Positions 41,887 through 55,082 of a stretch of 64,000 bases of DNA are shown in pieces (positions within the stretch are counted from its first letter, which is position 1; each line of letters opens with the position of its first letter). The notes beneath the pieces were generated by a model, which was not told where the DNA came from, searched no databases, and worked only from the letters and a program-made list of their open reading frames with translations. This stretch comes from Octopus sinensis. Lineage: Eukaryota. The stretch covers positions 3,906,001-3,970,000 of the forward strand of contig NC_043015.1 in assembly GCF_006345805.1 (NCBI RefSeq), written 5' to 3'. A program made the translations under genes and the position numbers.

Positions 41887-42027
41887 CAGTAAATAATTTC
41901 TATAAAGGCTTTTAAAAAAGAACCCACTTATTTACTGGTAGAATTCGGTATGTAAATATAGCCGATTACCGGCAGGGACTTCTGTAAAGTTCAGTATATA
42001 TATTGTATATAAGAAAAAGGGACAGGC

Positions 42028-42562
42028 AACAGGTTGCTTGACCGCATACCGAAAAAATAGAAATAGCAGTCAAGAATGCTTATTTCTATCAAAGTTGGAC
42101 TCGGGCACGACAAACCCTGTAATTCACATATGCAAAACAGAAGGAATAGATAACGAAAACGAAGTCTGGTGGTTATCTGTGAACATCATGTTTCTGGATT
42201 ATAAACATATTGAATATATATTTCATATATATTTTTGATATATATTTCATATACATTGCATATATATTTCACATCCTTCTTCAGCACAGCTTTCCATTGA
42301 AAAAGATTTATCATAGATTTATCAAATGCTACGTACCTCAAACCTTCTGACCATGCGGCATCAAAATATTTGAAGAAAGTGAGCAAAAGCTAAACCTACA
42401 TAGACGTTTGAATTCGTAAATCTTCCCTCCAAAAATTTATAATCCAGAAACATGATGTTTTGCATATGTGAATTACAGGGTTTGTCGTGCCCGGAGTCCA
42501 ACTTTGATAGAAATAAGCATTCTTGACTGCTATTTTTTCGGTATGCGGTCAAGCAACCTGTT
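42028..42562. mobile_element. 535 bp fold-back/MITE-like element with ~130 bp inverted arms
   Basis: aacaggttgcttgaccgcataccgaaaaaatag...gcaaaac (42028-~42137) matches the reverse complement of ~42456-42562. A 23 bp inner pair lies at 42183-42205 and 42436-42458. Confidence 0.85.
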
Positions 42563-44054
42563 CTTATATATATATATATATATATACTTATTTATGTATG
42601 GCACTGTGTCATTGCTAAGGACTGTAGAAGATACCTGAGGAATCTTGATGTAGTATATAGCAATTCCATTAAGCATTTGACTTTCGAAATATTATTTAAG
42701 TATGGCTTAACGTATACCATGATATATAAAACATTCAAACTCAATAAACCTATCATATAACCTGTGGAACTTTATTTCATTTAGAGAAGCATCAAAGCAA
42801 AAAGACAATAAAACTAAAATGTATTAAGTGATTTCTACTTACATTTATGAATTTAGCTAAATTTTTTTTTACTGAAATTAGTTTTTCATGTTGCGTTCCA
42901 TGACAACCTCAGCACGCCTCATCACGCAGTTGAATATATGTCGTATGTCGAAATGCATGTGCAAAGAGTAGTCATGAAACGAGAATATCTTTAAAAATTA
43001 CCACATTCATATATTAAAATGTTACAGGTGTGATTTTGAATATATAAGCCACCACATTTATAAAAAGAATCATCCAAGTAAAGTTTAACAATTGCCATAG
43101 CTAATATTGAAAGAATTCTAAGCTAAATAAGTAATGCAACGATTAATTTCAATGTTCTGAATATATTTGCACGAAATACTTAAAACCTTGTTATCGCCTT
43201 ATTACAACAGTGTCATTAGAGACCTCCGTAAATGTGTAAAACACTTATAGAATTCCGGTAATACAGTTTCAAATACAATTACTTCTGTGACTATAATCAC
43301 ATTCAACTTTAACGTGTACATCACACTACTATCGGCCACAACATTTTTTTTTTTTGCTTCACATAATCAAATTAGCCAACTTACGAACTTACTGGCCTGG
43401 TACCAACATTTGAAACCATTAATATTATTATTGTTGTTGTTGTTGTTATCGTTATTTACATTTAAAACCGGTCGGAGCACTATTTTCCCTGTACATACAT
43501 CACTTTCCTTTAATTTGTACAGCAATCCAAGAGGTTTGGTACATATGTGCATGTTCCCTTTAACGCAGTTTTCCTTTCTTCGTCCAAGTTGTCGTTTGAC
43601 AATTTAGCCTCATTCACATTGAAATATAGTGGCCTACTATTTCTCGATTTTGAGTGTCATGGCCTCCACTATCCTTTACCAGTGTTGCATTTCTGCTCTG
43701 TAGTTGCTACACTTACCTGTAAGGTGACATCAGGATTAAAGCTAATGTTCAAATATTTTGATATGTAAGTTGTAAATATCGTTCTTCAAAGGATCCCCTT
43801 TCGTTTTCTTCATGTTGTACTAAAAGGATTTCTTTTATTTCGAGAGTTTTATTATCGTTATTTATATTTATATATATTTAATGTTTCTTTCATTATTCAT
43901 TTTTGAATTCTTAAATTGATGCATTATTCATTGAATAATTTTTATCCAATTTGCTTTTGTGGAGCTGGGAGCCATATAAATCTTCGCCTCGGGGATCTAT
44001 CTCGCTCGTTAGCAAAAATTATGCCAACTTCGTTGAACATTTAGTATGTTTTCG

Positions 44055-44089
<35 letters not shown>

Positions 44090-44487
44090 CTTCTACGTTT
44101 CTCTATCTCTCTCACCTCCAGCCCCCTCGATCTGTCTCTTTCTTCTCCTCCCTCGTCCACCTTCTCTCTCTTTTCATCTGTCCCTTTCTCCTGTCTTTTG
44201 TTCTCACGTGACCGCTAGCCGCTGTTGAGCGCTCTTTTCGTTTTCAGCAGTCGCAGAAGCAACACGTATTTGTTCGTCTCCCCGCGGCCATTAGGCACAA
44301 CTTCACAAGCCAGCCCCATACTCAACTCGTCCTGTCGAAAGACCCTTGTCCTACGTCCTGGTTTTGTTTTGTTGTTTATTTTTTATTTTTACCGTTATTG
44401 TTTTTACGTGTTTGTATTCTTATTGGTGTCACGTATTCTGTATTTTTGTTTGTGTACTTCGTTCGTTTTCCGTCCTCGCGTTGTATA

Positions 44488-44632
44488 CATTCGAAGCTTT
44501 CTTCCAGGGGATCTAATGCCCTTGGCTTAGATTTCCCTTGGCGGGCTGGCCATATCGGAGCAATCTCAAGGTTAATCAGCCGAAATTGCTAAGATGATCT
44601 GGTTCTTGACTGATGACTGAGGGCTTCGAATG
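44488..44632 (+). ncRNA. Structured RNA domain with hammerhead core in non-circular order (copy C1)
   Basis: Closing helix CATTCGAAGC/GCTTCGAATG, hairpin 44504-44541, AGCAAT-C 44559-44565 with A-TTGCT 44585-44590, TCAAGG with TCTTGA, GAAA at 44582, CTGATGA at 44610-44616. Confidence 0.65.
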
Positions 44633-45262
44633 TCCCGTCCTGTGGTTCTTGTGTCGTCTCTGTGGTGTTTCATGTTCTTGTCCATGTCTGTAATTATTTT
44701 TACTGTTTACCTATATAATCGGCGGCTACGTATCCACAATTGTCCTTATACGATAAGTATATTTTTTCTCTAGCATTGATACGACTCTTAATCTGTCTCT
44801 TTTTCTCTCTCACTCTCCTCCCTTATTCCCCTTCCTTTCTTTCCCTCTCCATCCGTCCCCCCCCCTTCTACGTTTCTCTATCTCTCTCACCTCCAGCCCC
44901 CTCGATCTGTCTCTTTCTTCTCCTCCCTCGTCCACCTTCTCTCTCTTTTCATCTGTCCCTTTCTCCTGTCTTTTGTTCTCACGTGACCGCTAGCCGCTGT
45001 TGAGCGCTCTTTTCGTTTTCTGCAGTCGCAGAAGCAACACGTATTTGTTCGTCTCCCCGCGGCCATTAGGCACAACTTCACAAGCCAGCCCCATACTCAA
45101 CTCGTCCTGTCGAAAGACCCTTGTCCTACGTCCTGGTTTTGTTTTGTTGTTTATTTTTTATTTTTACCGTTATTGTTTTTACGTTTTTGCATTCTTATTG
45201 GTGTCACGTATTCTGTATTTTTGTTTGTGTACTTCGTTCGTTTTCCGTCCTCGCGTTGTATA

Positions 45263-45407
45263 CATTCGAAGCTTTCTTCCAGGGTATCTAATGCCCTTGG
45301 CTTAGATTTCCCTTGGCGGGCTGGCCATATCGGAGCAATCTCAAGATTAATCAGCCGAAATTGCTAAGATGATCTGGTTCTTGACTGATGGCTGAGGGCT
45401 TCGAATG
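45263..45407 (+). ncRNA. Second copy (C2) of the permuted hammerhead domain, core CTGATGG (A9G)
   Basis: Copy C1 shifted by 775 bp. Stem I is the perfect TCAAGA/TCTTGA, but A9 is changed to G at 45391. Confidence 0.55.
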
Positions 45408-45559
45408 TCCCGTCCTGTGGTTCTTGTGTCGTCTCTGTGGTGTTTCATGTTCTTGTCCATGTCTGTAATTAAGAATACCTCGATTTTTAAAAGTTGCCTA
45501 CAAAGTTTGTAAGAAGCCAGAGACTGAAGACTGAAATGTACCACTAGTACCAATGCATA

Positions 45560-46575
45560 AACACCATTCTAAACGCTCTGAAATCATCAGAACACCTGGA
45601 TTTATCCAGCAACTTCAACATACCGTTGGGTACATTTCCAGAAAGTACATTAAGTGAATTGCAAAATACCTCTATGTGTCAGAAGGAACAGTCAGAAATG
45701 TCGTCCACGAAGGCATCTGGCAACAGTCTTATGTGATGAAATATGAATTTATCAGAAAAAGCAAAAGAAAATTACTACATCTGATCTAAAACGCTCTTAA
45801 AAAACTGAAAAATCCAGCAGTAAAAGATATGATTACTTTTCGCAAACAAGACAAAAACTCCGCTCAAATCAAAAAGTTAACAGGAGAAATGAAAGATGGT
45901 TATGTGCAGACTTTTCTGAAGTTCCAAGTGTTATGCATAGAAAATTTCCTGTAACTGTCATGGTTTTATGGGTTTTCAGCAATGAAGGACATGTCATGCC
46001 TCCATACTTCTTTCCACATGGCCTAATACTTAAGTCTGGCGCCTACATTGAGGTCCTGGGAATAATTTTTAAATCAGGATAGAGAGTGTATGTAATGGAA
46101 AACAATATCTGTTTCAGTTAGACTCTGTGCTATCACACATAGTTCTAGTAACACAGGAATTGAGGGCTGAAAATTTGCAAGATCACATAGCCCCTAGCAT
46201 TTGGCCTCCTAATTCCACAGATCTCAATCCATTTGACAATTACATGTGGAACAATTTTGAGAGAGAGAGAGAGAGAGAGGTAAAATAAACACACCAATAA
46301 CACCAAAGGACCTATGAAAGCTGCCATAGTCAGAGTAATGTCTAAAATGAACCAGAACCACTTCATTCGAAATTGTAGATGATAGACGATATAGATCTCA
46401 TATAGAAGCGGTTGTTGAAGCTGAAGGTGGATTTATTCAATAACATTATAGAACAGAAGGTTTATTTTTACTCTCATAGCATTTTTTGATGAATAAAGGT
46501 ATATGTTACTATATGTCTGTTTTCCTTTTTCATAAATATAAATTTGTCATCAAATATCTTACGTGCTATGTGCAT
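45560..46575 (+). mobile_element. Degenerate Tc1/mariner-superfamily transposase (probably DD37D/maT-like)
   Basis: Translates as VMVLWVFSNEGHVMPPYFFP (from 45957) and WPPNSTDLNPFDNYMW (46202-46249). Many frameshifts and stops, interrupted by (GA)n. Confidence 0.85.
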
Positions 46576-46819
46576 ATATATACAAGGTGATATTCTGTCT
46601 CCGTCTACCAGGACCACTCACAAATTGAGCCCGAGGCAATAGTAGAAGAGACTTGATCATGTATCGGTTATGTGGGATTGAACGCGGAACTATGTTACTG
46701 GGAAACGTATTTTACCACAGAGTAACGCCTACACTGAAACTAATCTTATTTGAACTCAAATGTATAAGTCTATGGCACCGAATAGTTTGTTAAAACTTCG
46801 TCAAATTATACTGATTCCA

Positions 46820-47010
46820 AACTTTGGTTGAAGATCATCAAGATCTGGGAAGGGTGAAAGTTGATTAGGTCGATCCTTGTACATACCGGGTACAGTTTTT
46901 CATCGACCTCGAAAGAATGAATGACAAATTCGACATCGGCGTAATTTGAACACAGAACGAAAAGCGGAGGAAATGCCTCTAAGCATTTTGTACAGCGTTC
47001 TAATGAGTGT
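46820..47010 (+). mobile_element. Octopus-type SINE fragment
   Basis: Contains catcgacctcgaaagaatgaatgacaaattcgacatcggcgtaatttgaacacagaac. Confidence 0.65.
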
Positions 47011-47239
47011 GCCATGGTTTTTATTTTCATTACCCTCATGTAATCAATGTTTCCGGAAGTTGAATAAATTGATCGAGTCATCACGGTGTTATGTATATAT
47101 TATATACAGGAACTTATATAATCTCTTCTCCATATTTCTCCTTTCTATATTTACAATTTTGAATGAACACTCTTTTCTATTCATGATGTTTTGAAAGCAA
47201 TGAGTTGATAGATTCATAGGTAGCACGCCAGGGAAAACG

Positions 47240-47390
47240 ATCAGAAGTTTCTTGTCAGTCTTTATGTTCTCATGTTTGAATTCCACATTTATCTTTTCGG
47301 GGTCAAAAAAATAAGTAGCAGCTATACACTGGGGTAGACGAAATCGAACAACCCCACACCCGAAATTCCTGGCCTGGTGCAAAAATCTTT
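47240..47390 (-). mobile_element. Octopus-type SINE fragment
   Basis: Minus strand contains ccccagtgtatagctgctacttattttttt gaccccgaaaag. This explains the 47089..47382 ORF. Confidence 0.6.
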
Positions 47391-49718
47391 AGCCTTTGTT
47401 ATTTGTTATAAATGAGTAATTCTTGTCATAATTTTATGCGATTTGTTGTGTTTCAGATGAAAAAAATGATGGTTTATATACGTTCAGATCATAATCCTGA
47501 GTGTTGTTTTGACATTTCATACCATTCGTTTTTTTAATCTCGTTGTTTCCACATTTTCCTCTTCCAGAATTTATTTCTATGTACGTTAACGTTACAGCGT
47601 GAATGATGTATACTTTGAAATTAGCTCCGTATTCAGGATCCACCTCATTAGCTTATTGACAGATACATTTTTACGTTCAGTATGGAAATAGCCAATGACC
47701 ATTCAAACGAAAAACCTCATAGACACGAGCAAATATATTGATTTGAATGTAAAAGCAAACGCATTAACCCGTTTTCAAAGTGCTTCTAAATTTTTATGGC
47801 ATGTAACACGCTCTTTGTCTTGTCATGTGTGCGTTCCTGGTGACTCGCATGAGGAATCGAAATTCAGCATCTTTTCGCAAGACTGAAATTGTATCGATTC
47901 GATGAACTTCCAGTTAGGGCACAACCTATGAAAATATAAAACATAAAGGGAATATGAATTCTTCAGTGAAAGCAAAATTCGTTCAATAGCTTTCGCATTT
48001 GGTAAACCTGACTCCGTCATTGTTTTTTGCCTGGCAACTCCCAAGATTTCTGCAAAAGCCCTTTTCGGTAATACATGTGTGGCTACAGGGATCCTACTTG
48101 TTGAGGGAATCTTAGATTAAATGCAACATACATGTGAGTGAGGTCGGTTAATAATAAACATGACTGTTGTAGTAAATCTAAAGGAAACGTGTCCGACTTG
48201 CTGGTCCCGTTCTAAAATCTCACAATTGCATAAGAGGGGAACCATCACGACATAACGAAACTAACGTAACTATACTTTTTACGAAGGCTTACCTAAAAAT
48301 TATCTTTACGTCAACTTCCTACGATTTAAACTCAAGAGCAAAGCGCATTGAATGAGTGATATGGCATTACATTTGACATATCCACAGTTATCAACTTTTA
48401 TCGAAGTTTTATTCATTTTAGTCGTGGTCACTGACAAGAATAACCCGTTTAACTGGAAGCAGTTGAAATCCAATTGATGAGATGCTTAAACAATGCTTGA
48501 TATTCAACAGAGGTCTACTGCGCAATTGAAAACATTTCGAAGATTTGAGAATCCTCTCCTTAACAACGAATTTTATATGCGTGATGCCATCGAAATGAGA
48601 CAATATAGTAACACGTTGAACTTTTCAGTTCATTCCCAGGGTCTGTTTTTGAATGCAGTCGCAATGTTTTTATCAATATATGCGGAACTAAAGTGGATCA
48701 CATTAATGAATGATTCATGATAATATATTTGTTACCATGAATGATTCATAGTAAGACATTTGTTATTTAAAATACCGTTAGATCTGATTAACCAGATTTC
48801 TGCAGTATGATCCCGCTGGTCGTAGTAAATTTACACAATAGATCAACCTTATTCTTGTAGATTGAATTATCGAATAAACTCGTTTTTGAAGGATGTGATT
48901 CAATAGAAGAAATAGGATAAGTATTTGTCTCAGATGTTGTCTCAAGGATAGCAATTTCGTCAAGAGGTGAAGTAGAGTGTATCGACTTATTGCTCAAATG
49001 ATACTTATTTTATTGACTCCCAAAGGATAAAGGGCAGAATCCACCTAGGTGGAATTTGAACTCGGAATGTAAAGACATACAAATTACCCCTCAATATTTT
49101 GCTCAGTTTCTGTTATTTGACTCAGTATAAATGAGGATTTCATTTTTAGCACAAGGCTAGCAATTTCGATGTCATAGAATCAATATAAGAATTAACATAG
49201 TGAATGTTAGAAATTCCAAAAAGGAATGACCAAAGACAGATAATACATTAACATTTTACTAGACGATGCACATACATATAGTTCGTAGCGATTGCTTGTG
49301 GATGTATAAAACTAACAGTTGGAAGAATCCGGGGGTGTTTTAAAATGGTATTGTAATTATCAAGTTTATTCAAATGGTTTTAACTTTCATTAATAGTTGA
49401 ATGGACTATAGAATAATTTCTATTAAATGCCAAATTCGAAACCTAACAAATTTCATTTAATTGAAATTTCCAGCTGTACTATTCTATTCGTAGATTTAGT
49501 TGTATTCTTTTTAATAGGTCAATGTACGTCATCAAATAAGGTAGATATATCATTAAGGTATAGCATTTTTTTCATTATAGAAATAGATGCAGAACATTTT
49601 GTGCTGATATGAAAGGCATTTAATATTGACATAGTGCAATCGAAATGAATGAACGTTAGTTCTTCGAAAAGTATATCTATCTACCTAACTTTCTCTCTGT
49701 CTACCTTCTGTCTAGCTA

Positions 49719-49768
<50 letters not shown>

Positions 49769-49830
49769 AATATATATACATATACATACCTATATATACA
49801 TACATATATATATATGTATATATAAATATA

Positions 49831-49904
<74 letters not shown>

Positions 49905-52900
49905 TATATATAAATATATATATACATATTATACCTATATATATATATATATATTTAAGGGCAAACGAAAAATTTTCTAATACCAAATATGCACAATATC
50001 TATTTTTATTGCGCCCAGAATGAAGAAAACTTATTGGAAACTATGCGTAATTCTCTGCACGTTTTGTAAAGGCTGATGAACTCAACTTCCATGGTCAATG
50101 CGACGATCACAGGCAACACACGTTCATTCCAAGCACTGATGTAAATAGCGCAGGTTGGGCTACAATATTAAAACTTAGTGCGCATGCACATTATATTTCA
50201 AGATCAATTTTCGCCAAGGATTTCCACTCTGTGTTATTTAGCCTCGTTACTATAGCCTGCGTCCGTATTCTTGTAGATAAGGCCACGTATTGCTGACGTC
50301 ATAACCCTTTTTTAAACTTTCGAGAGTACATTAAAGCCTTATTTTTTTTAACCTAGAAGCAAATACATAAAATTAAAAATACAAATAATACGCTAGGTTG
50401 GAATTCACTTTAGATGGAATATTCTAAGGTTGCCTTTAGAAAAGCTATATATAGCTTTATCTTTGTTATTCAAGACTTATTTCAGATTCACTCGAATGTT
50501 GATACAAATCTTTTGATGCCTACCATATCAGGCTAGTTTTAGTTTACCAGACATCATTATGTTTAGTTCAAAATCATTGTACGCTATTTTTCATTAATGC
50601 TGTTCTCTATTTAACTTGGATTATTTTAAATCATTAATTTTATGATTAAATTTTCCATGGCTTTTGCCACATTTCAGAATATAACGTTATGTGACATTCA
50701 TTTAAGTGATATTTCAAGAATCGCGGAAATCATGTGGTTCTATGTTAGCGCGACCTTGTTCCCTTAGCTAAATTAAGATTATTCTTCTAAGTAATTAAGA
50801 TTATTCTTCTGAGTCAGAATGCTACTGGCCTTTCAATATATATATATATATATCTTGAAAAACATTGAATACAACAGTATATAGTGTAAGCATTTTCATT
50901 TCATATCTTACGAAGCAGGACTTTACACAGTATTCAAATATATCTTCCATGCTTGTTTTTGTTTTTGCTTTTCACTACCAAATCTTTAACTTCATTTGAT
51001 GCAATGTTATTTTATGAATATACGTGGTTTAACTATCTTCCATATATTTATAGATAAATTGTATTGTGTGACATAATCTACTTTTCTTCCTTCATTTTGC
51101 AAAGAGAAATTGAAAATGTCAGAACAAATGCAATCCTTAACCTATTATCTCAAGGGACAAGTTATTCATCTTTCTCGTGATACCTTGTCATTACTGTAGA
51201 CATTTGACATATTATAGCTGCCCTGTTTTCTATTTACATTGCCATTGCCATTTATTCAATGAAAATAGAGCATATGCGCTTTGAATGTCCACCTGACATC
51301 TCACATCTGTACATAGAGAAAGAGATATTTCCTCCATTTACGTAAGCAATTATCCAGTTGTCCAAATGTATGCTGACATAAGCGCATGTATAGGGCGTAG
51401 GAATAACTATAACCGTCGTGGAATGACTTAATGCACATTTCACAGGTCACGTATTACATAAATTTCTGAGCGAATGGAAGGGATTGTTACTTAATCTCAA
51501 GAATACGTCCTTTTAATATCTATATTTGTGTCACATGATATTTGTGCTCCATCATATCAAAGGAGTGCATTGAAATGATGTGATGCGACAAATACAGCAT
51601 TCTAAATTCCCCGTCCCCGTCCCTTTCATAGATTGTGACATTGTTATAGACAATAGCAGTGTATTAAGTAACTATTGGTAATTTTTGAAATAAAATAAAG
51701 TGGAAGAATATATGATTCTGGCATAAATGTGTTGAGTTAGCAATGCGAACTATTATAAATGTACAATCGATTGAACCAAATATTCGTAACACACGAAATT
51801 CTTTAGATATGGAAGCAAAGCTATGAATAAAGCTTGCTAGTTATTATATGGACAATTTTAGTTGCACAAACAATGAAATAATATGTGGGAAATACTATAA
51901 ATTGATCATTTAAATCAAATTTAATACGAATTTTCCATGCAAATTCCTCATTGTATATCTATGTAACACATGATTCTGTATACTCACATGATTCTGTATA
52001 CTCACATGCAAGCAGATATATACACAATACTTACAACGATTTATCTATACCTAACTTAGCCAGCTACTAGATTATAGATTAAACTAAAATTTAAGCATTC
52101 CTTAAAGGATTGATATCTCATTACGAATGCATTGGAGACTAACCTGGTATTTATTTGTCTACAATGTGGTAAATACATGGTGCTGGCTTCTTAACCTCTC
52201 AAATGAATCTAATTAAAAACTTATATAAACTTTACTTACTGCAGATGTTTTATGCACTCTGATGTTTGCGAGAGATCTGTGCATATATTTTATGACTTGT
52301 GTATTCATCCGTGTTTTTGTATGTGTGTTTGTCTACAAAGACCGACTCATTCAAATTGAAATCTAGAACTTGATTTTTAACGAAAATTTAAACATTCCTT
52401 TTACAGTAGTTATATTAACTGCCAAAAGACGTTCAATTATGCTGACACCAATTTCTGTTGTCGCAATATATACAGCTTGAAATGATTGCTGCTGAAATCC
52501 CACTGGCACAAGTTGTTTGCATTAGGTCTGACTTGAATTAGCTTCGATACAATGACATGCTCGGCGATTCCAATAACAATTTTAAATTACACGGAGTGAA
52601 TCAAAACTAATTCACAATTCATGTGCATCGAATTTATTTCCAATGTGTCAATGGAACGAAATAAGGAGTTATCACGAGATGAGTTAGTTGCTGTATAACG
52701 AGAATAATTCTGGAAAAGATCTCCCATTTAATTTCCTGTTTGCCCGTATTCATAGCCCAAGATCTGATGTGAGAAATTATAACTATTGTCGTAGAGCCAC
52801 ATCATTATACGTCCGTTTTAGTGAACAACGAAAATCGTGAAATAACATAAAATAATGAAATAAAATATAAAATATGCAGTTATAAAAGCATTTGATCATC

Positions 52901-54754
52901 TCATTGACGATTGTCATATTCAAAACGTGCATGCTTTTATGCTTTTCTAAAAAAAAAAAGAGAATGGAAGTAAACAAGAAGAAATTCATATGCTTTATAC
53001 GTAATGTTGTGAGAAATGAGTTCTGTTATCAATGTAATTATTCCTTGAAAAATCGGAATAAATAGATAATTAATAAACGTTCATTCTTTACGGATACATC
53101 ACTATTTAATCTTAATTTATTGTACATTTATATGAAATTAATGTTTGAAATAGGAATTTATATACTACACAACAGGACACATATTTTATGAGATTTTATA
53201 TACAACTGCAAAACAAATATTTTATTTGGGGTACTGCATTTTTGCATGCGTATAACATAACCGAATGTAGATATTTTTAAAACTAAGTGCATCCTTGAAA
53301 TGTAGCACTTAAACACTTTTTATATCGTTGTTAAAATTAGCATGGCCACAAAAAAGAAAATTAAGGCGTGATTATATTATTTGGAAACAATCTCTTATAT
53401 TCTCGGTTGATATTCTTAAGTATGACAGTTCTAAACTTGTTTGTAAAGGGCATATATTGTAACTCAATTTCATGTTATAATCTGCCTCCATTTGATGTAA
53501 AATGATATGAATTTTCTCTTTCGTAGAGTGCGTTATTGAAAATATTTATCTTTATGTCCTAATATAAGTGTTGAATAAGTCGGTGAAATGGTGGAATCGT
53601 TAGCACATTGGGCAAACTATTCAGCGGCATTTCGACTGTTGTTACATTCTGATTTCAAATTCGAAGGAGACTTTTACCTTCATCTATTCGTGGTTGATAG
53701 AATAACTACTAGTTGAACACTGGGATGGATGTGATTATCCTTCCTCCATCTTTGCTCACAGTATTCCAAGATTTTGAAACAATATCAGTCAAATGTTCAT
53801 TTGACAATATTTTGGCGTATTAAACATCATAGTGTCATATATGATACTAAATAAATATTTCAAGTGTATCACAAGTGAATATCAAATTAATAAAACATTA
53901 ACGATCTCAGAGATACCTGAAGTTAGAATATATTTCTAATATAAGTGATCATCATCTCAATCTTTACATCATTATATTACAGAGGTTGCTCCGAAATAGG
54001 ACTCTCTTATAGGGAAGATTTAGAGTTCACAGTGGTCATATATTTGGAAAATAAGCTAAGAATTTTCAAACTTCCAACATAGAGAATTTCCTAGATTGAC
54101 ATTATATTGCCAATTTAAGCAAATGAGTTACAATCGTTGTTTGAACTCGTTATACAGAACCCACTATGCTTTCGTCTGAAAGTTCAAGAAAATCTAACGG
54201 GAAATGAAAGCCATCAACGTTACATAATTATATCCCACAAAAATGTAAATGTCATGAATATGGATTTGGCGGTATACGAAGTTCTATCTTATAAATACAA
54301 ATTCCTGTAGTCAAAACAGTATAGAGCGTTATGTGTGTAGGGGAGAGAACTTATGTTTGTAAAAAAAATGTGTATACATAAGATGGTGGGGAATCAATCA
54401 GAACTTCAAAGATACACTTTTGCGTGGAAAGTAGTGTCAATTCATACTAAATATATGAAGACAAGTTTCATTACTTGAGGGTCTTCATTTTTAGTACGAA
54501 AGATATTTTATTTCACTAGTATTTTAATGATGTAGACGGATCAATTCAGTTATTTGTTGAGAATCAGTCATTATATGTTTTGCCGCATCATATAGAACAC
54601 AACAAATATCCAAGTCCAATGCATTTTCACCGTATTATCAGATAAGACCTACAAATGCAAATGAGATCATATCATTCGTCATATATTTTAGGCTTCTTTG
54701 GACATTTAATTAATGACAGATGATAAAAAAATTTAAATGAAAATATATGTGTGC

Positions 54755-54809
<55 letters not shown>

Positions 54810-54849
54810 TGTATATATATAATTTATTTATATTTATATATATATATAT

Positions 54850-54901
<52 letters not shown>

Positions 54902-55082
54902 AGTACGTGTGTGTATGTGTGTGCCTATATATGTATGCATATATACGTGTGTGTGTGCCTATATATATATATATATATTATATATATATATATATATACA
55001 TGTAGATCTTTTTCTCAAACAGCTAAGATTGAGAAAAGAACATTTCAGAAAGTCGAAGAACACTAACCATTGAGAAGAGATT

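Larger units (their letters stand above)
44087..45471 (+). mobile_element. Head-to-tail pair of CT-rich permuted-hammerhead elements (subfamily C), period 775 bp
   Basis: 44087-44696 is repeated at 44862-45471 with about 6 substitutions and a 165 bp spacer. Confidence 0.9.
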
